Source: Octopus vulgaris
Lineage: Eukaryota
Length of the DNA: 64,000 nucleotides
Reading direction: 5' to 3'
Assembly: GCA_951406725.2 (NCBI GenBank)
Contig: OX597817.1
Location: 130,076,001 to 130,140,000, forward strand
Shown in pieces: positions 1 through 12,520 of this stretch; the first letter of the stretch is position 1, and every line of letters begins with the position of its first letter. The notes beneath the pieces are model-generated. The model searched no databases and was not told the origin of the DNA. It saw only the letters and a list, made by a program, of their open reading frames with translations. Position numbers and translations under genes: made by a program.

Positions 1-51
<51 letters not shown>

Positions 52-68
52 TATCATCATCATCATCA
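1..68. repeat. (CAT)n microsatellite, probably the 3' tail of the adjacent minus-strand SINE
   Basis: Near-perfect CAT run directly abutting the SINE 3' end. Confidence 0.95.
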
Positions 69-331
69 CTGTACATTACTGCCTCAAGATTTAGGACTCG
101 TAGGGCTGGTTACCCTGTTTTCAAGGCATGCAAATGACCGAGACCGCAATATTCCCTGTGAACTGGACGCCAATCCATCACAGGATTATTCATTTACATT
201 TGAGTGGACGGGGGCAATATGATATGATGTATTTTGCTCAAGAATACAACGCATTTTCCCGTCTTGGAATAGAAAGCACGATCTTACAATCACGACTGCA
301 ACGCTATAACCGTAAGGTCACGTGTCTTCAC
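69..331 (-). mobile_element. Old tRNA-derived SINE (MetaSINE/MESC-like central domain)
   Basis: Minus strand has a degenerate tRNA-like head, then tcttgagcaaaatacatcatatc and cctgtgatggattggcgtccag; homologous to the + copy at 15688-15870. Confidence 0.6.
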
Positions 332-939
332 TATAGAGCGCTAACGTGGAATTCCCAATGATTACATTGTCTGACTGAGAAAGAGCTGTGAGCGCTTGAT
401 AACATTCCAAATACCAAGTGTCTTCTCTCAGGTTTTAATTGATCTAGGACCGTAACTTTGTCAAAGGATGAGCTGTGGAGCGAATTTGATAAAGGAAGAC
501 CACACCTCTTATCGTCAAGAAAATGCTAGAGATACCGAAACGTCAGAGCATATCTGCGCATATATCCAGCCCTCCACTCAGCGGGTGTCGACAATGAGTG
601 GAGCGTCTGGCCAAAATGGAAGAGCACACACTACAATCCGGTCAGACAAGAACGGAAGCCTACGATGCATATCTAGGTTGATCGAATAGATTACAAATTT
701 GTGGTTTGTGTAGTCGACGATTTTAAATTGAGAAAAACCTGTTATTTTATCTACAGAACATTCCATCTAGATGCGATCTGGATGACCCGATGTTGTTAGT
801 CCATGTCCACGTTGACACATTCGGGAAATCCAGCTGGAATCTATCAGGATATTGTGAACGTCTCATCAGGCTTTTGAAGGTTTTTGCGAGGCTTTTGCAC
901 CTTCTCTACTATCTGTTAATCACATTCAGTTTAAACATG

Positions 940-1391
940 CATCCAAGATAGCGTTATGAGATTTTACAATCCTGTATGACTCAGTGATTGATGCTCAGAG
1001 GCCAGACATTGTGGTAGTGGATAAAAAGGAAACCGATGTCATAGATATTGCCATACATGGAAATGTACGAGTGGGTGACAGAGCTGGAAAAGATTGAGAA
1101 GTATATGCTACAAAAGGATGAAAATGCATGAATGTGGGCATTAAAAAGAGTAACTGGCATCCAAATAGTTGTAGGTGGACTGGGAATAGTAACAATAAGA
1201 TTTGGGAAATTTCTTGGAGAAATTAGGATTGTCACGAGGGTAGAACATGCTCATAAAACTGTTTTATTGGGAACAGCGAGGATTTTGAGATTTGTACTTG
1301 GGTGTTAAGTATCGTGAGACCCTTGACAATAGGTTATCCGCTCTTACAGAATTAGCCGGAACAGCTGAAATCGAGAGCTCTGAGAAGTGAA
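940..1391 (+). mobile_element. 3' end of an R4/Dong-clade non-LTR retrotransposon (restriction-like endonuclease domain, pseudogenised)
   Basis: Frameshifted translation DFTILYDSVIDAQRPDIVVVDKK..IDIA..ELEKIEKY..IVVGGLG..KTVLLGTARILRFVLGC* (stop 1306-1308); RPD..D RLE motif; followed by aataat(agt)n. Confidence 0.85.
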
Positions 1392-1395
1392 ATAA

Positions 1396-1470
<75 letters not shown>

Positions 1471-1471
<1 letters not shown>

Positions 1472-1630
1472 CCTTTCTATCATAGGCACATGGCCAGCAA
1501 TTTTAGAGGGAGGGAAGGAGTAAATCGATTACATCGACTCCAGTGATCAACTGGTACTTATTTTATCGACCTCGACCGGCTTCGGCGGAGTTTGAATGCC
1601 GCTGATGATTCTGCCAGCTCGTCGCCTTAA
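1471..1630 (-). mobile_element. tRNA-derived SINE family B, degenerate copy
   Basis: gattctgccagctcgtcgcctt head and gattacatcgactccagtg..ctggtacttattttatcgac body shared with 11581, 26803, 53420 and 63140. Confidence 0.75.
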
Positions 1631-1672
1631 GAGAGAGAGAGAGAGAGAGTCAGGCAGACAATGGGAGCCATC

Positions 1673-1728
<56 letters not shown>

Positions 1729-2207
1729 TTATTGTATACTGTTTTGTGTTTCCTTTTGTTATCTTTCTCTTTTCAATTAGGACAAATTCCGGTTTAGGTC
1801 TATTAAACGATCTCCTTGATTGGTCTTATTATAATTGACAAGAGAAGTATTGCTAACAGTTACAACAGTAATAACAACTATAGCAACAAGAAAGAATATA
1901 TATACAGAGAGAGATGAGAAAGAATCCCTTTTCCATCGCTTGCCCGCTCAATTTCCCCTTCCCCATCATCAGGAATACTGAATGGCTGGCGTTCAGTTTT
2001 TTTCTCAGGTAAAGTAAGTACAGACAGATTATATATCGGTGAAATATTGAACCGTTTATCAGTCTATAGAAGGACAGGTGACTAACGAATATATAAGATG
2101 GATCAATGGATGAAAGCGTATGGCGGTATCCAGTAGATATGGTGGATGCTGAAAACAGAGAGGGGAAAGACAGAGAAAAGAGAGAGTAAGGGAAAGAGAG
2201 AATGAGA

Positions 2208-2260
<53 letters not shown>

Positions 2261-2452
2261 AATGCATGTATGAGCGTATCTGCAGAGAAAGGTTGGGAAA
2301 TAAGAGGGCAGCAATTTTACACATACGTATACCCTCGTGTACTTAAACATTTTCTCTCTCATTCCCCCGCACTGTCTGTCTAACCCCCCTCTCACTTTCT
2401 CTATTTCTCTCTTTCTCTCTCTCTTTCTCTCTGTATATAAATATATATATGC

Positions 2453-2485
<33 letters not shown>

Positions 2486-2541
2486 ACTCGACCTTTTAAC
2501 TAAAAAATTTGACGCACCATCATTTTTTCACACACACACAC

Positions 2542-2630
<89 letters not shown>

Positions 2631-2653
2631 GTATGTATGTATAAATATATATA

Positions 2654-2824
2654 CCGGGTCCGGTGAATAAATATAGTCTTCTAAATTACGCAAAAAGAAA
2701 AGTAACATTTCAACAGATATATTTACCAAAATTACATAAAATACTAAACAGTAAATTTACTTAATAAAATCGGCATTGGCTTCAACCACGGCGTCCAGAC
2801 GATTTCAAAATCTCCTGCAATTCT
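2654..2824 (-). mobile_element. Tc1/mariner transposon 3' terminal fragment
   Basis: Minus strand encodes [19 protein letters not shown], typical of Tc1/mariner transposase C-termini; terminus ccgggtcc preceded by TA. Confidence 0.65.
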
Positions 2825-2890
2825 GTATGTATGTATGTATGTATGTATGTATGTATGTATGTATGTATGTATGTATGTATGTATAGAAAC

Positions 2891-3690
2891 TTTTATTCTT
2901 TTACTTGTTTCAATCATTTCGCCACATACTGGCGCACCGTCCTGAAAGATTTTAGTCGAACAAATTGAACCTAAGTCTTATTTTTTAAAGTCTAGTACTT
3001 ATTCTATCGGTTCTTTTGTCGAACCGCTAAGTTTCGGGAACGTGAACACATCAACACTGGTTGTCAAGCAGTGATTGGTGGACAAACACAGACACAAAAT
3101 CACGCACACATAGTTATATACATGCATACACACACACACACACACACAAACACACAATACACACACACATGTTTATATATATATATATATATATATTTAA
3201 TCATATCAAAGGGAAATGGAATTTAATTAAAATTAAAATATTTAATCAAAATTTACATTTCCAGTGGTCTAACATGCAAAAAAAAAAATTAGTCAAGAAG
3301 ACTATATATTAGTCATACGATATAGTGTATATTTATACACATAAGGAATCCACTTTACGTGAAATTCAACACGTTAGAAAGAACAGCTAGGTTCTGTAAA
3401 CCACAAAAATAACGGATATAATTCGAATTTTATCCGTCATTTTTGTGGTTTACAGAACCTAGCTGTTCTTTCTAATGTGTTGAATTTCACGTAAAGTGGA
3501 TTCCTTATGTGTATAAATATGCACTATATCGTATATATATATATATATATATATATATACGACGGGTTTCTTTCAGTTTCCACCTACCAAATCCACTCAC
3601 TAGGCTACAGCAGAAGACACCTGGCCAAGGTGCCATGCAGTAGAACTGAACCCGGATACATGTGGTTGGGAAGCAAGCTTCTTACCACAC
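2891..3690 (-). mobile_element. tRNA-derived SINE family A (internal microsatellite) with a nested fold-back insert
   Basis: 3' half at 2891-3100 and 5' half at 3559-3690 match the other family A copies; the internal TA/CA tract is interrupted by 3197-3534. Confidence 0.85.
3315..3534. repeat. 220-bp near-perfect palindrome with no spacer (110-bp arms)
   Basis: Centre attc|gaat at 3424/3425; 4 mismatches between arms by eye. Confidence 0.95.
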
Positions 3691-3788
3691 ATACACACAC
3701 ACACACACACACACGTGTGTGTAAATATATAATTGTAGGTATGTGTGCATGCATGTATGCAATATGAACATATGTATACATACATACA

Positions 3789-3821
<33 letters not shown>

Positions 3822-4637
3822 GTGAGCATGTGCCCGCCAATGTGTATACCAGTGCTTCGCTTTATTCTACCTTTGTGATTGAACTCCCGTCATAACAAAG
3901 CTTAATTAATATTACAGCCACTTTCACAACCAAAATTCCGAAAAAAGGAAACCGTTTTCGTTGTAAACCAGTTAGTCACACTTGGTTTGCTTTTGCATTC
4001 TCAAGTGTTAACTCGTGCTACATTCTACTGCTTGAGTAGTAATTATTTAAAAAAAAAAAAGTATTCTTAAAAAAGAAACTTTTTGAAAAAAATTGATTTA
4101 TTACTCTTGTAACTCCTTCCTATCGCGTAAGCGCGAAGCAGTATCTTTCGACACCGACCTAAAGATTATTCGAAAAGAGTCAGAGGAGTAAAGAAGAGTG
4201 TTATTGCAAAATGAATAGGGCGGAATGAGTATGGCTTCGACTGTCAACTTGAAAATAAAAAAGAAATAAATAACATATCATAAGGAATCAATTTGACAAA
4301 ACAGAAATTATCATGTAAAATTCAAGTGAGCAGAACGCTTCCGTTGAAGTTAGTTATTTTTTTTTTATGTATGTAGCTGAATATGGGGTATTTTGTAAGA
4401 TGGTATCCTCGAAAGCTTGATCTCAAATGAGGGGCGAAAAGTACGAGAGTAAAAAAAAGATCGTTTCATGTTGTTAGAAGCAAATGTCACTGAAGACTTG
4501 ATCATTCCTTGATCATCAATCTCTTATCTCCCGCTTCAAGGTGTCGTTCAGAAAACAATCTAAATTTAAAATGAATGCATTTTATTTGGGTTTGGGATTT
4601 GGTTTGCAAGATTCTTTATATGAGTTCGTGTGTTGAA

Positions 4638-4849
4638 GCATATTCTGTTGTGTCTGGGTAGAGTCATTTTCTTTTTGTGCCTTATTATGTAACACACACA
4701 CCGGTAAAATTTTCGTTGCGTCTTGCAAGACGTAACGAAACTTTTAGGACAATAAAAATAAGAAAAACAAGTGGAAATTTTACCGGTGAGTGTGTTACAT
4801 AATAAGGCACAAAAAGAAAATGACTCTCCCCAGACACAACAGAAAATGC
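4638..4849. repeat. Inverted repeat with 75-bp arms (4638-4712 / 4775-4849), PLE-like fold-back
   Basis: 3 mismatches between arms; spacer has hairpin ttcgttgcgtcttgcaagacgtaacgaa followed by acttttaggacaataaaa. Confidence 0.9.
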
Positions 4850-4921
4850 ATTTTAAATAAATGAATATATCAATAATTAAAACCTGTTTTATCTTCGTCT
4901 GGTACATATATATATACATAG

Positions 4922-4978
<57 letters not shown>

Positions 4979-5408
4979 AACACACACACACGCACGCGCG
5001 CGCGCGCGAGAGAGATACTCCACAGTTGAGATTTAGAGATTCTCAGTATAGAAGAGACTTAGTATTGCACAAAAGATTCAAGCTTAGACTCCGATGTCTT
5101 TTCTGGGGATCGATTTCACAGAGTAAAGAATGGCTATTAAAAGGGGCCTAGTTGAGCAGAAACACATATTATATATCGTTGCTGTTATTTTAAACTGTCG
5201 TATGTCCAAATTTGTCCAAATGCGTTTTTTTTTTTCAATATTCATTTTTGCTTGCAATAGCCGGTTCTTTTGGTCAAACTATTGTATCTCCAGCTACTTC
5301 AGGTGCCAAGATGTCAAAAATTGTCAAAGTGTAGTACTACAGTTTTGCTATGGAATGGTAAATCTATTCTTTCGTTCTGGACTTACGACACTTTTGCAAA
5401 ATAGCAAC

Positions 5409-5443
<35 letters not shown>

Positions 5444-5809
5444 TCTCCCTAGGGAGAATCAATGCTTTATATATGTCCAAATACAGCATTAGTACCACTG
5501 GAACTCTATGAGGTCTATAGAAACAAATGCACCATACACTGGAACTTCTAGAGGTCTATAGAAACGATATTCTGTCCGTGAAACAAATTTGCAATAGTAC
5601 TGCAGTCATAATAACAAGATAAATTTGATAAATACGATGGTTTGCCATCTTTTTCTTCTTTGATAAAGGATCTACATTTGGAGAGAATCACTTAATGAAT
5701 GTCAAATAGTCAGTTAAATAATTCAGTTAAACTTTGTGAATTATTCATTGGTAATTATCTCAAGCGCATAAGTTGTCATCGTTGTCGTCGCTGTTGTTGC
5801 TGTCGTCGA

Positions 5810-6440
5810 CGCTGTTGTGGTTGACTCTCATACTATCCTTCATCAAGCAGAACTATGATCATGAAAATGTTCTATTTGTGACAGACCTATATTTTGTTAA
5901 TCGGAGACAACATTATTTAATATATCCTGATTGCTGGCGTTGTTTAGCCCATGTTAATCTTAATCGAGAACAACGATATTCACAGGCGTTCGAGTCGTGA
6001 TTATCAATATACAAGGGAAGGGGATGAACTTTGAGGAAGACATGGTTACTATTTCTAGCAATTCATTGAGTCGAATGTATCCTACTTTATTACGGTATGA
6101 TGTGTTTTGAGGAGAATTTGATTGCTATTTAAGGAAATCGAGCAATCATATAAAGGGTTCTTCATAGACTGAATTTATCATTTTCAAGTTAAGTCAAATA
6201 AAATATATGAAACTCATCGGGAATGTTGAATTCTGTTGATATTGGCATTGCTGTTGATTTTTGGTCTCAAATCCATCCTAATTGAGGAGATCCATAACCA
6301 GATACATTCCAGTCGTTACAATGTCTTTTAAAAAATATATAGAACTACCTTGTTTAATATAACCTTTCCTTAAAACGTTATATGATACTGAAGGGAATTT
6401 AACGAACGAGAGACCACGAAAAACCTCCCACGCTCGCTTG
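5810..6440. repeat. Cluster of an old dispersed repeat family (further copies near 10060-10170, 10495-10750, 11035-11090, 12780-12880)
   Basis: Recurrent degenerate motifs tttagccc..gatc..tatgatcaaa..attccagtc.tgac and tttgagg.ga.tttgg.tgctatttctagca. Confidence 0.5.
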
Positions 6441-7824
6441 TTCTGCTTATATTGTGTTCATGCATATGAATCAATTACACCACAGCTGAAAACAAAATCC
6501 CAATAAAAAATATCTCATTTAGTTCTTGATAGTAACATTGGCATAATATACACTTTTTCGACATCTATCATTGTTTATTGTGGGTGTTTAGTTCTAAAAA
6601 TAGACATCCTCGTAAATAGATCAGTGATAGATAATAGAGCATATGGGTGAAATAGGTTTTATTCTGAAACCTACCTTGTCCTGATCATTGTAATTGGTCG
6701 ATAGTACTCTCGTTTGCTGTCCTAGCGGAACCTTTGACTGATCACCGACCCGCGTTATCACAAACCAATTCGTGATAAGTGTAACAGTTCATAATTAGTT
6801 TAACGTGTTATCTCGGATCAGTGGAGGAGGAATTAGTGAGAAACGAGAATGGATGTAGAAGTTCAATCACGTGACTCCTTGGGTTTATGGCTGATTCTAA
6901 ACTCTGCATTGTCTTTGGTTTTTTGTTTGATAACGGAACGATGATGGTTTTAACTTGCTTCGTATGTAACTATTCTCTTGTATTACTTTGTATGACAGCT
7001 ATTAGATTTATATTGTGATTATTTAATGCTCTCAATGTTTCTGTTAGTATTTCATCTGCCTCAGATGTTTTTCGCACGCAGATTTTTCTCCTTCCGCAAA
7101 GATTTTGTTTCCAGTAGAGGTTGAGTTACGGGTGGATAATATTAAGAATTGGATAGGATTAAATTACTATAAGTGTAAAAGGACATCCCAAGAAAGACTC
7201 ACCAACTCACCACCACAAACATAGACCACTTTTTGCAGCAAATTCAGAACAACAGTATTTAACCTAATTACTTTATTATTCTATTGTTCATAGAATATAG
7301 AAGTAACGATTTTTCAGCTTATAGGCTTTTAAGTTCAATTTTCAACAGTGACTGAGATACCAAATATAACTTTATCTAGATTAACTGTTTTCTATACGTA
7401 AAAAAGAATCCGACAGAGGTTGATAGATGAAATATCTGTAATAGGGTCGATTCATTTGTCTTCCTGAATTTAACCACCTGCGATTCAAATATCCAGTCTT
7501 CTCATGCTGATTCGATTTGCGAATTGCGTCAAAGGTACACCTCTCATTTAAATACTCAGCCATTTACATGGTAATTTCATGGGTAAGATTTCTGTTATTT
7601 GAACAATTAAAAGTTAAACTTTCGAGATTGACGGAGAACCCACCATTGCTTACTGGTACATATTTTGCAGTCGATGAAATTGTTAAAATATAAAATTGGT
7701 TTCATTGTGATTCGAACGCATGATGCATTGAACAATATTGCAAACTTCTTCAGCAAACTACTATGCAAGATACCGTGACCATCATCATCATCATCATCAT
7801 AACTAAAGACAGGAAATAATAAAT

Positions 7825-8156
7825 ATTTCTTTTTGGCGGAATTTTACAAAAGGGTAATTAATAGAAATAAAACACACATACAAAATAATTCAAGAGAGAA
7901 GAAACACTCTTCCTTTTGAAAATAAAGAAAAGGAGAAAAAACGATTCCTTTATATATTTTAGTAAATGGTATCCAAATGATTGCTGATTTTTATTTTTTC
8001 CGGTAAGAATTCTACAAAAAGGCATATGATAACAACCAACAAAAGAACAATAAAAAGTAATCCCTTTCCTTCTAACCATTCCCGTCTGAAAATAAAGGGG
8101 AAAAAGGGGAGAAAACGATTCTTTCATATAATTTTAGTAAATGGTTTCCAAATAGA
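7825..8156. repeat. Diverged tandem duplication, ~170-bp unit
   Basis: tgaaaataaag..gagaaaa.cgattc.tt.atat..ttttagtaaatggt.tccaaat occurs at ~7917-7980 and ~8087-8154. Confidence 0.75.
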
Positions 8157-8194
8157 TTTTACACCTGAAAAATCAATCTCCGTTCGACTTTTAG

Positions 8195-8260
8195 TGTTCT
8201 GCCCAAAATTGCATTCATCCGGCACTAATGGAATTGCATTGGCAAGGCTGTTGGAATCCG
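8195..8260 (+). CDS. Candidate internal coding exon (66 bp, phase 0-0): CSAQNCIHPALMELHWQGCWNP
   Basis: Acceptor ccgttcgacttttAG, donor CCG|GTGAGA, open frame, non-repetitive peptide; protein not recognised. Confidence 0.45.
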
Positions 8261-8485
8261 GTGAGAAGTAAGTGAGGGATCTCGCTTGGTATTTAGGGCT
8301 ACTAGTCTGGGTGGGGTCTTCAGAGTAGTGGTACCGGCGGTGGATATTAGGTTGGGAGTTGATGGAATTATGTGCTATTTGGCAGCAGGAACAATTAAAG
8401 GTGAGGTGTGTGTATGTAATATATATTGTAGTTCTTTCAGCGTATATAATTGATTTGTGTGTTTGTGTTCATGAAAGGAAGTAAA

Positions 8486-8516
<31 letters not shown>

Positions 8517-8707
8517 TGTATGTATGTATGTATGTATGTATGTATGTATGTATGTATGTATGTATGTATGTATGTATGTATGCATGTATGTATGTATTAT
8601 GTATATGTGTGTTTGTGTGTATGCGCATAGCAAGAAATACATTATAACATGTGCAACATGCATACGTATGGTTATATTTGAATCACTATCTCTTTCTTCC
8701 TCACATC

Positions 8708-8793
<86 letters not shown>

Positions 8794-8794
8794 A

Positions 8795-8832
<38 letters not shown>

Positions 8833-8840
8833 TATACTTC

Positions 8841-8996
8841 TAATGTAGGATAAAAAAATTTCCCCAAAAAATTTCATCAAAGTGGCCAGCATATTAAAAT
8901 ACCTTTAAAGGTGAAAATTCTAAAATATTATAAACAAGGGCAAAAGAAAAAAGATTTCTATGCCAATATACTGAGAATAGACTTGAAATCGTCAAT
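8841..8996. mobile_element. Short PLE-terminus-like fragment inside a TA tract, homologous to 42280-42435
   Basis: taatgtaggataaaa..gccagcatattaaaa..ctttaaaggt shared with 42280. Confidence 0.7.
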
Positions 8997-9166
8997 TGTA
9001 TACATACATATATATATATATGTATATGTGTGTGTGTGTGTGTCTGTGTGTCTGTGTGTACATGCATACATATATATACATATATATCTTCGTATGTATG
9101 TATGTGTGCGTGTGTGTGTATGCGGGTACGTGTGTATACACATATATACTCATATATACACAACTA

Positions 9167-9300
9167 CTTTGCCTTTCATCCTTTCGGGGTCGATAAATTA
9201 AGTACCAGTTACGCACTGGGGTCGATGTAATCGACTTAATCCGTTTGTCTGTCCTTGTTTGTCCCCTCTGTGTTTAGCCCCTTGTGGGTAGTAAAGAAAT
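9167..9300 (+). mobile_element. SINE family B, 5'-truncated
   Basis: ctttgcctttcatcctttcggggtcgat..gccccttgtgggtagtaaagaaat, near-identical to 11680-11812. Confidence 0.9.
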
Positions 9301-10166
9301 ATATATACACAACTACGTCTGTGTATGTGTACATGTGTACGTATAAATCTATATGTATATATTTAGTTAAATATATATCTATACATATGTATTTATGTAT
9401 GTATTTTGCCATACATATCTCATATACCTACATGTATACATGCACACGTACTTAAACACATAGATACACGCATACAAACACACACATACAGACAGACATA
9501 CAAACATACATACATGCACATACATACATGCATGCATATATGCATACATGCATGCATACATACATGCATACATGCATACATACACACACACACATACATA
9601 CATACATACATACATACATACATACACACATACATACATACATACATACATACATACATACATACATACATACATACATACATACATACATACATACATA
9701 CATACATTGAACTAGTCAGCTAACCTGAGCGATAGACATGCAGATAAGCAGACGTAGTTGCATAAAAAATATCAGAAAAAAATGCAAAAAAAAAAAATGC
9801 ATGAATGAAGTAAATAAAGATAATAGGAAAAAAACATGGGAGAATGAAGAGGAAACATGACATCATTGATTTTAGTAGACTGAACAGTTGTTATTTTTTA
9901 CGTTAGACAATTGATCGATGTCGAAGAGAACCAGTCGCATTGGGTTATACATGGGTTTATGAGACACCACGATAGCAATGCTGCTGGTGGGGAATTGTTG
10001 CAGCTGTTGCTGTTGTTGTTACTGTGGTTTTTTGTTTTGGCTGTTGTGTTGTTGTTGTTGTTGTTTACCCAGTGTCAGTACTGGTAGATCTATGATCAAA
10101 TGTATTCCAGTCATGACCATCACCTCTTTTTTATTTGTGTATCTTTGGAACGTTATCCAGTTTCCT

Positions 10167-11034
10167 TTGGTGGTGGTGATGATGGTGGTGGTGATGATGG
10201 TGGTGGTGATGATGTTGGCGGTGGCGGTGGTGATGATGGTGATGGTGGTAGTGATGGTGGTGGTGGTGGTTGTCGCCGTGGTCGTGGTGCTAATGGTGGT
10301 GGTGATGGTGTTGGTAGTGGTTGTGGTGGGAGTAGTGTTGGTGGTGGTGGTGGTGGTGGTGGTGGTGATAGTTGTGGTGGTGATGGTAGTAGCGGCGGTA
10401 ACGGTGGTTAGTAGATGTGTTGAAGATGGCCGTAAAGGTTGTTGATGTCGATGATGCCGTACAACCACAAGTCGTAATGATCCTATAAAGTTTTAGTTGC
10501 TGTTATTTAGCCCCAGGTCAAGCTCGAACGATAAAGATTTATGATGAAAGGCCTGCTAGTCGTGCGCGCACTACAATACCTTAATGGCAATATTATGCAG
10601 TGTGTTCAAACATTGTGTATTGCCAACTACATTACGACCGCATTACCAAAGTATTCTGCGGTTCGTTTTAAAGCCAGTTGGTTGTGATATGAGTTTTGAC
10701 TGCTCTTTCTCACGGGTAGAGCTTCTGCTTAGAAGTTCACTCTTTAGCTCGGAGTGATGCTAGTTGTTCTCGATGATGATGATGATGATGTTGATAATGA
10801 CGACGACGTTGTTGATGATGATAATAAGGATGAGGTAGTGGTGGTGGTAATGATGGTGGTAATGGTGGTGGTGGTGGTGGTGGTGGTGGTGGTGGTGGTG
10901 GTGGTGGTGGTGGTGGTGGTGGTGGTGGTGGTGGTGACGGTGATGGTGGTGGTGATGGTGGTGGTGGTGGTGGTGGTGGTGGTGGTGGTGGTGGTGGTGG
11001 TGGTGGTGGTGGTGGTGGTGGTGGTGGTGGTGGT
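10167..11034. repeat. (GGT)n/(GAT)n-rich low-complexity tracts
   Basis: Direct inspection. Confidence 0.9.
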
Positions 11035-11170
11035 TTGCTCCTAATTAACCGTGATCACGTGAACCTTTGATCAAAGGTATGATCACCATCACCACCAATC
11101 TAACTACTACTATAACCACTACTCTCACCAATACCACCATCACCACTGTCGCAAACATGTCTCTTTAAAG

Positions 11171-11197
11171 CAAAAACTAGAAGTACCAGATTACACA
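11171..11197 (+). CDS. Speculative 27-bp micro-exon QKLEVPDYT (phase 0-0)
   Basis: gtctctttaaAG acceptor and ACA|GTAAGG donor; phase compatible with the candidates at 8195 and 23099. Confidence 0.2.
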
Positions 11198-11580
11198 GTA
11201 AGGTAAATAATCCTAAAATAACTTATTTTTCTTTTCCGTTTACCGCGAATCGATTATCCTATAATTGTAGTTTACATTTTGCTATCACTCGACATTATAA
11301 TATATTATTATTTATTCACGGAAGTAGTTTGCAATCGCGGTAAAGAACCAGCCTTAAATTGAATAAATGAAACATGAAATTTAGTCGGAATTGGTCAAAA
11401 TTTTGATACAGCAACATCTGCAAAAGTTTCTTCAACGCACCAATGTCTACATATATTCAACACATGTTACAATGTGATAAGATTCATGGTTATCTTGAGA
11501 AAGATACAACAATGGTTTTCCGTTCCTTTCTGCCGGTTTATTTAAAATTTACTTTGCTAGTCTTCAGCTCTCTCAATATT

Positions 11581-11835
11581 AAGGATGCGAGCTGGCAGGA
11601 TCTTTACGATGCTGGGCAAAATGCTTAGCGGTATTTCGTCTGTCGCTACGTTCTGAGTTCAAATTCCGCCGAGGTCGACTTTGCCTTTCATCCTTTCGGG
11701 GTCGATTAAATAAATACCAGTTACGCACTGGGGTCGATATAATCGACTTAATCCGTTTGTCTGTCCTTGTTTGTCCTCTCTGTGTTTAGCCCCTTGTGGG
11801 TAGTAAAGAAATAGGTATTTCGTTCGTTTTAACAT
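11581..11835 (+). mobile_element. SINE family B, full length plus the start of a second unit
   Basis: Head gcgagctggcag, B-box-like gagttcaaattcc; tctctcaatatt on both flanks (TSD-like). Confidence 0.9.
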
Positions 11836-11849
11836 TCTCTCAATATTTC

Positions 11850-12111
11850 AATATTCTTTCTACTATAGGCACAGAACTTGAAATTTTGGAGCAAGCAGCT
11901 ATTCTTTTACTCTTTTACTTGATTGCGGCAATGATGGAGTACCCCTTTTAGTCGAGGAAATCGACCCCAGGACTTATTCTTTGTAAGCCTAGTACTTATT
12001 CTATCGGCCTTTTTTGCCGAACCGCTAAGTTACGGGGACGTAAACACACCAGCATCGGTTGTCAAGCGATGTTGGGGTGGGGGACAAACACAGGCATACA
12101 AACACACACAG

Positions 12112-12163
<52 letters not shown>

Positions 12164-12520
12164 GACGGGCTTCTTTCAGTATCCGTCTACCAAATCCACT
12201 CACAATGCTTTGGTCGGCCCGAGGCTATAGTAGAAGATACTTGCCCAAGGTGCTACGCAGTGGGACTAAACCCGAAACCATGTGGTTCGTAAGCAAGCTA
12301 CTTACTAGACAGCCGCTCCCGCGGCTAGTCGATTTCGTCAACGCCAATGCTCAATCGATACATATTTTATCGACTCCAAAAAGATTAAAGGCTGAGTCGA
12401 CCTCAGCGGAATTAGAACTCAGAATTTAAAGCTAGAAAATATGCTTAATAGCATTGGAGAACAATGCTTAGCAGCATTGTTGTCCGGCATACGAACGATT
12501 CTGCCAGTTCGACGCCTCAG
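11850..12520 (-). mobile_element. SINE family B variant (old) interrupted by a family A SINE
   Basis: 3' part at 11850-11900 and 5' part at 12324-12520 (gtcgacctcagcggaattagaactcagaa..gattctgccagttcgacgcct). Confidence 0.7.
11902..12323 (-). mobile_element. SINE family A, full length
   Basis: Same architecture as 35767-36194: tRNA head, accttgggcaagt core-like segment, internal (TA)n, AAAAGAGT-type tail. Confidence 0.92.

Noticed and set aside
360-720. Possible RTE-like LINE C-terminal remnant (..GRAHTT..)
   Set aside because: Similarity is too weak to call by eye; needs TBLASTN against LINE proteins
6640-7640. Complex non-repetitive stretch possibly derived from a decayed TE or coding sequence
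   Set aside because: No motif or splice-consistent frame could be identified; left unannotated
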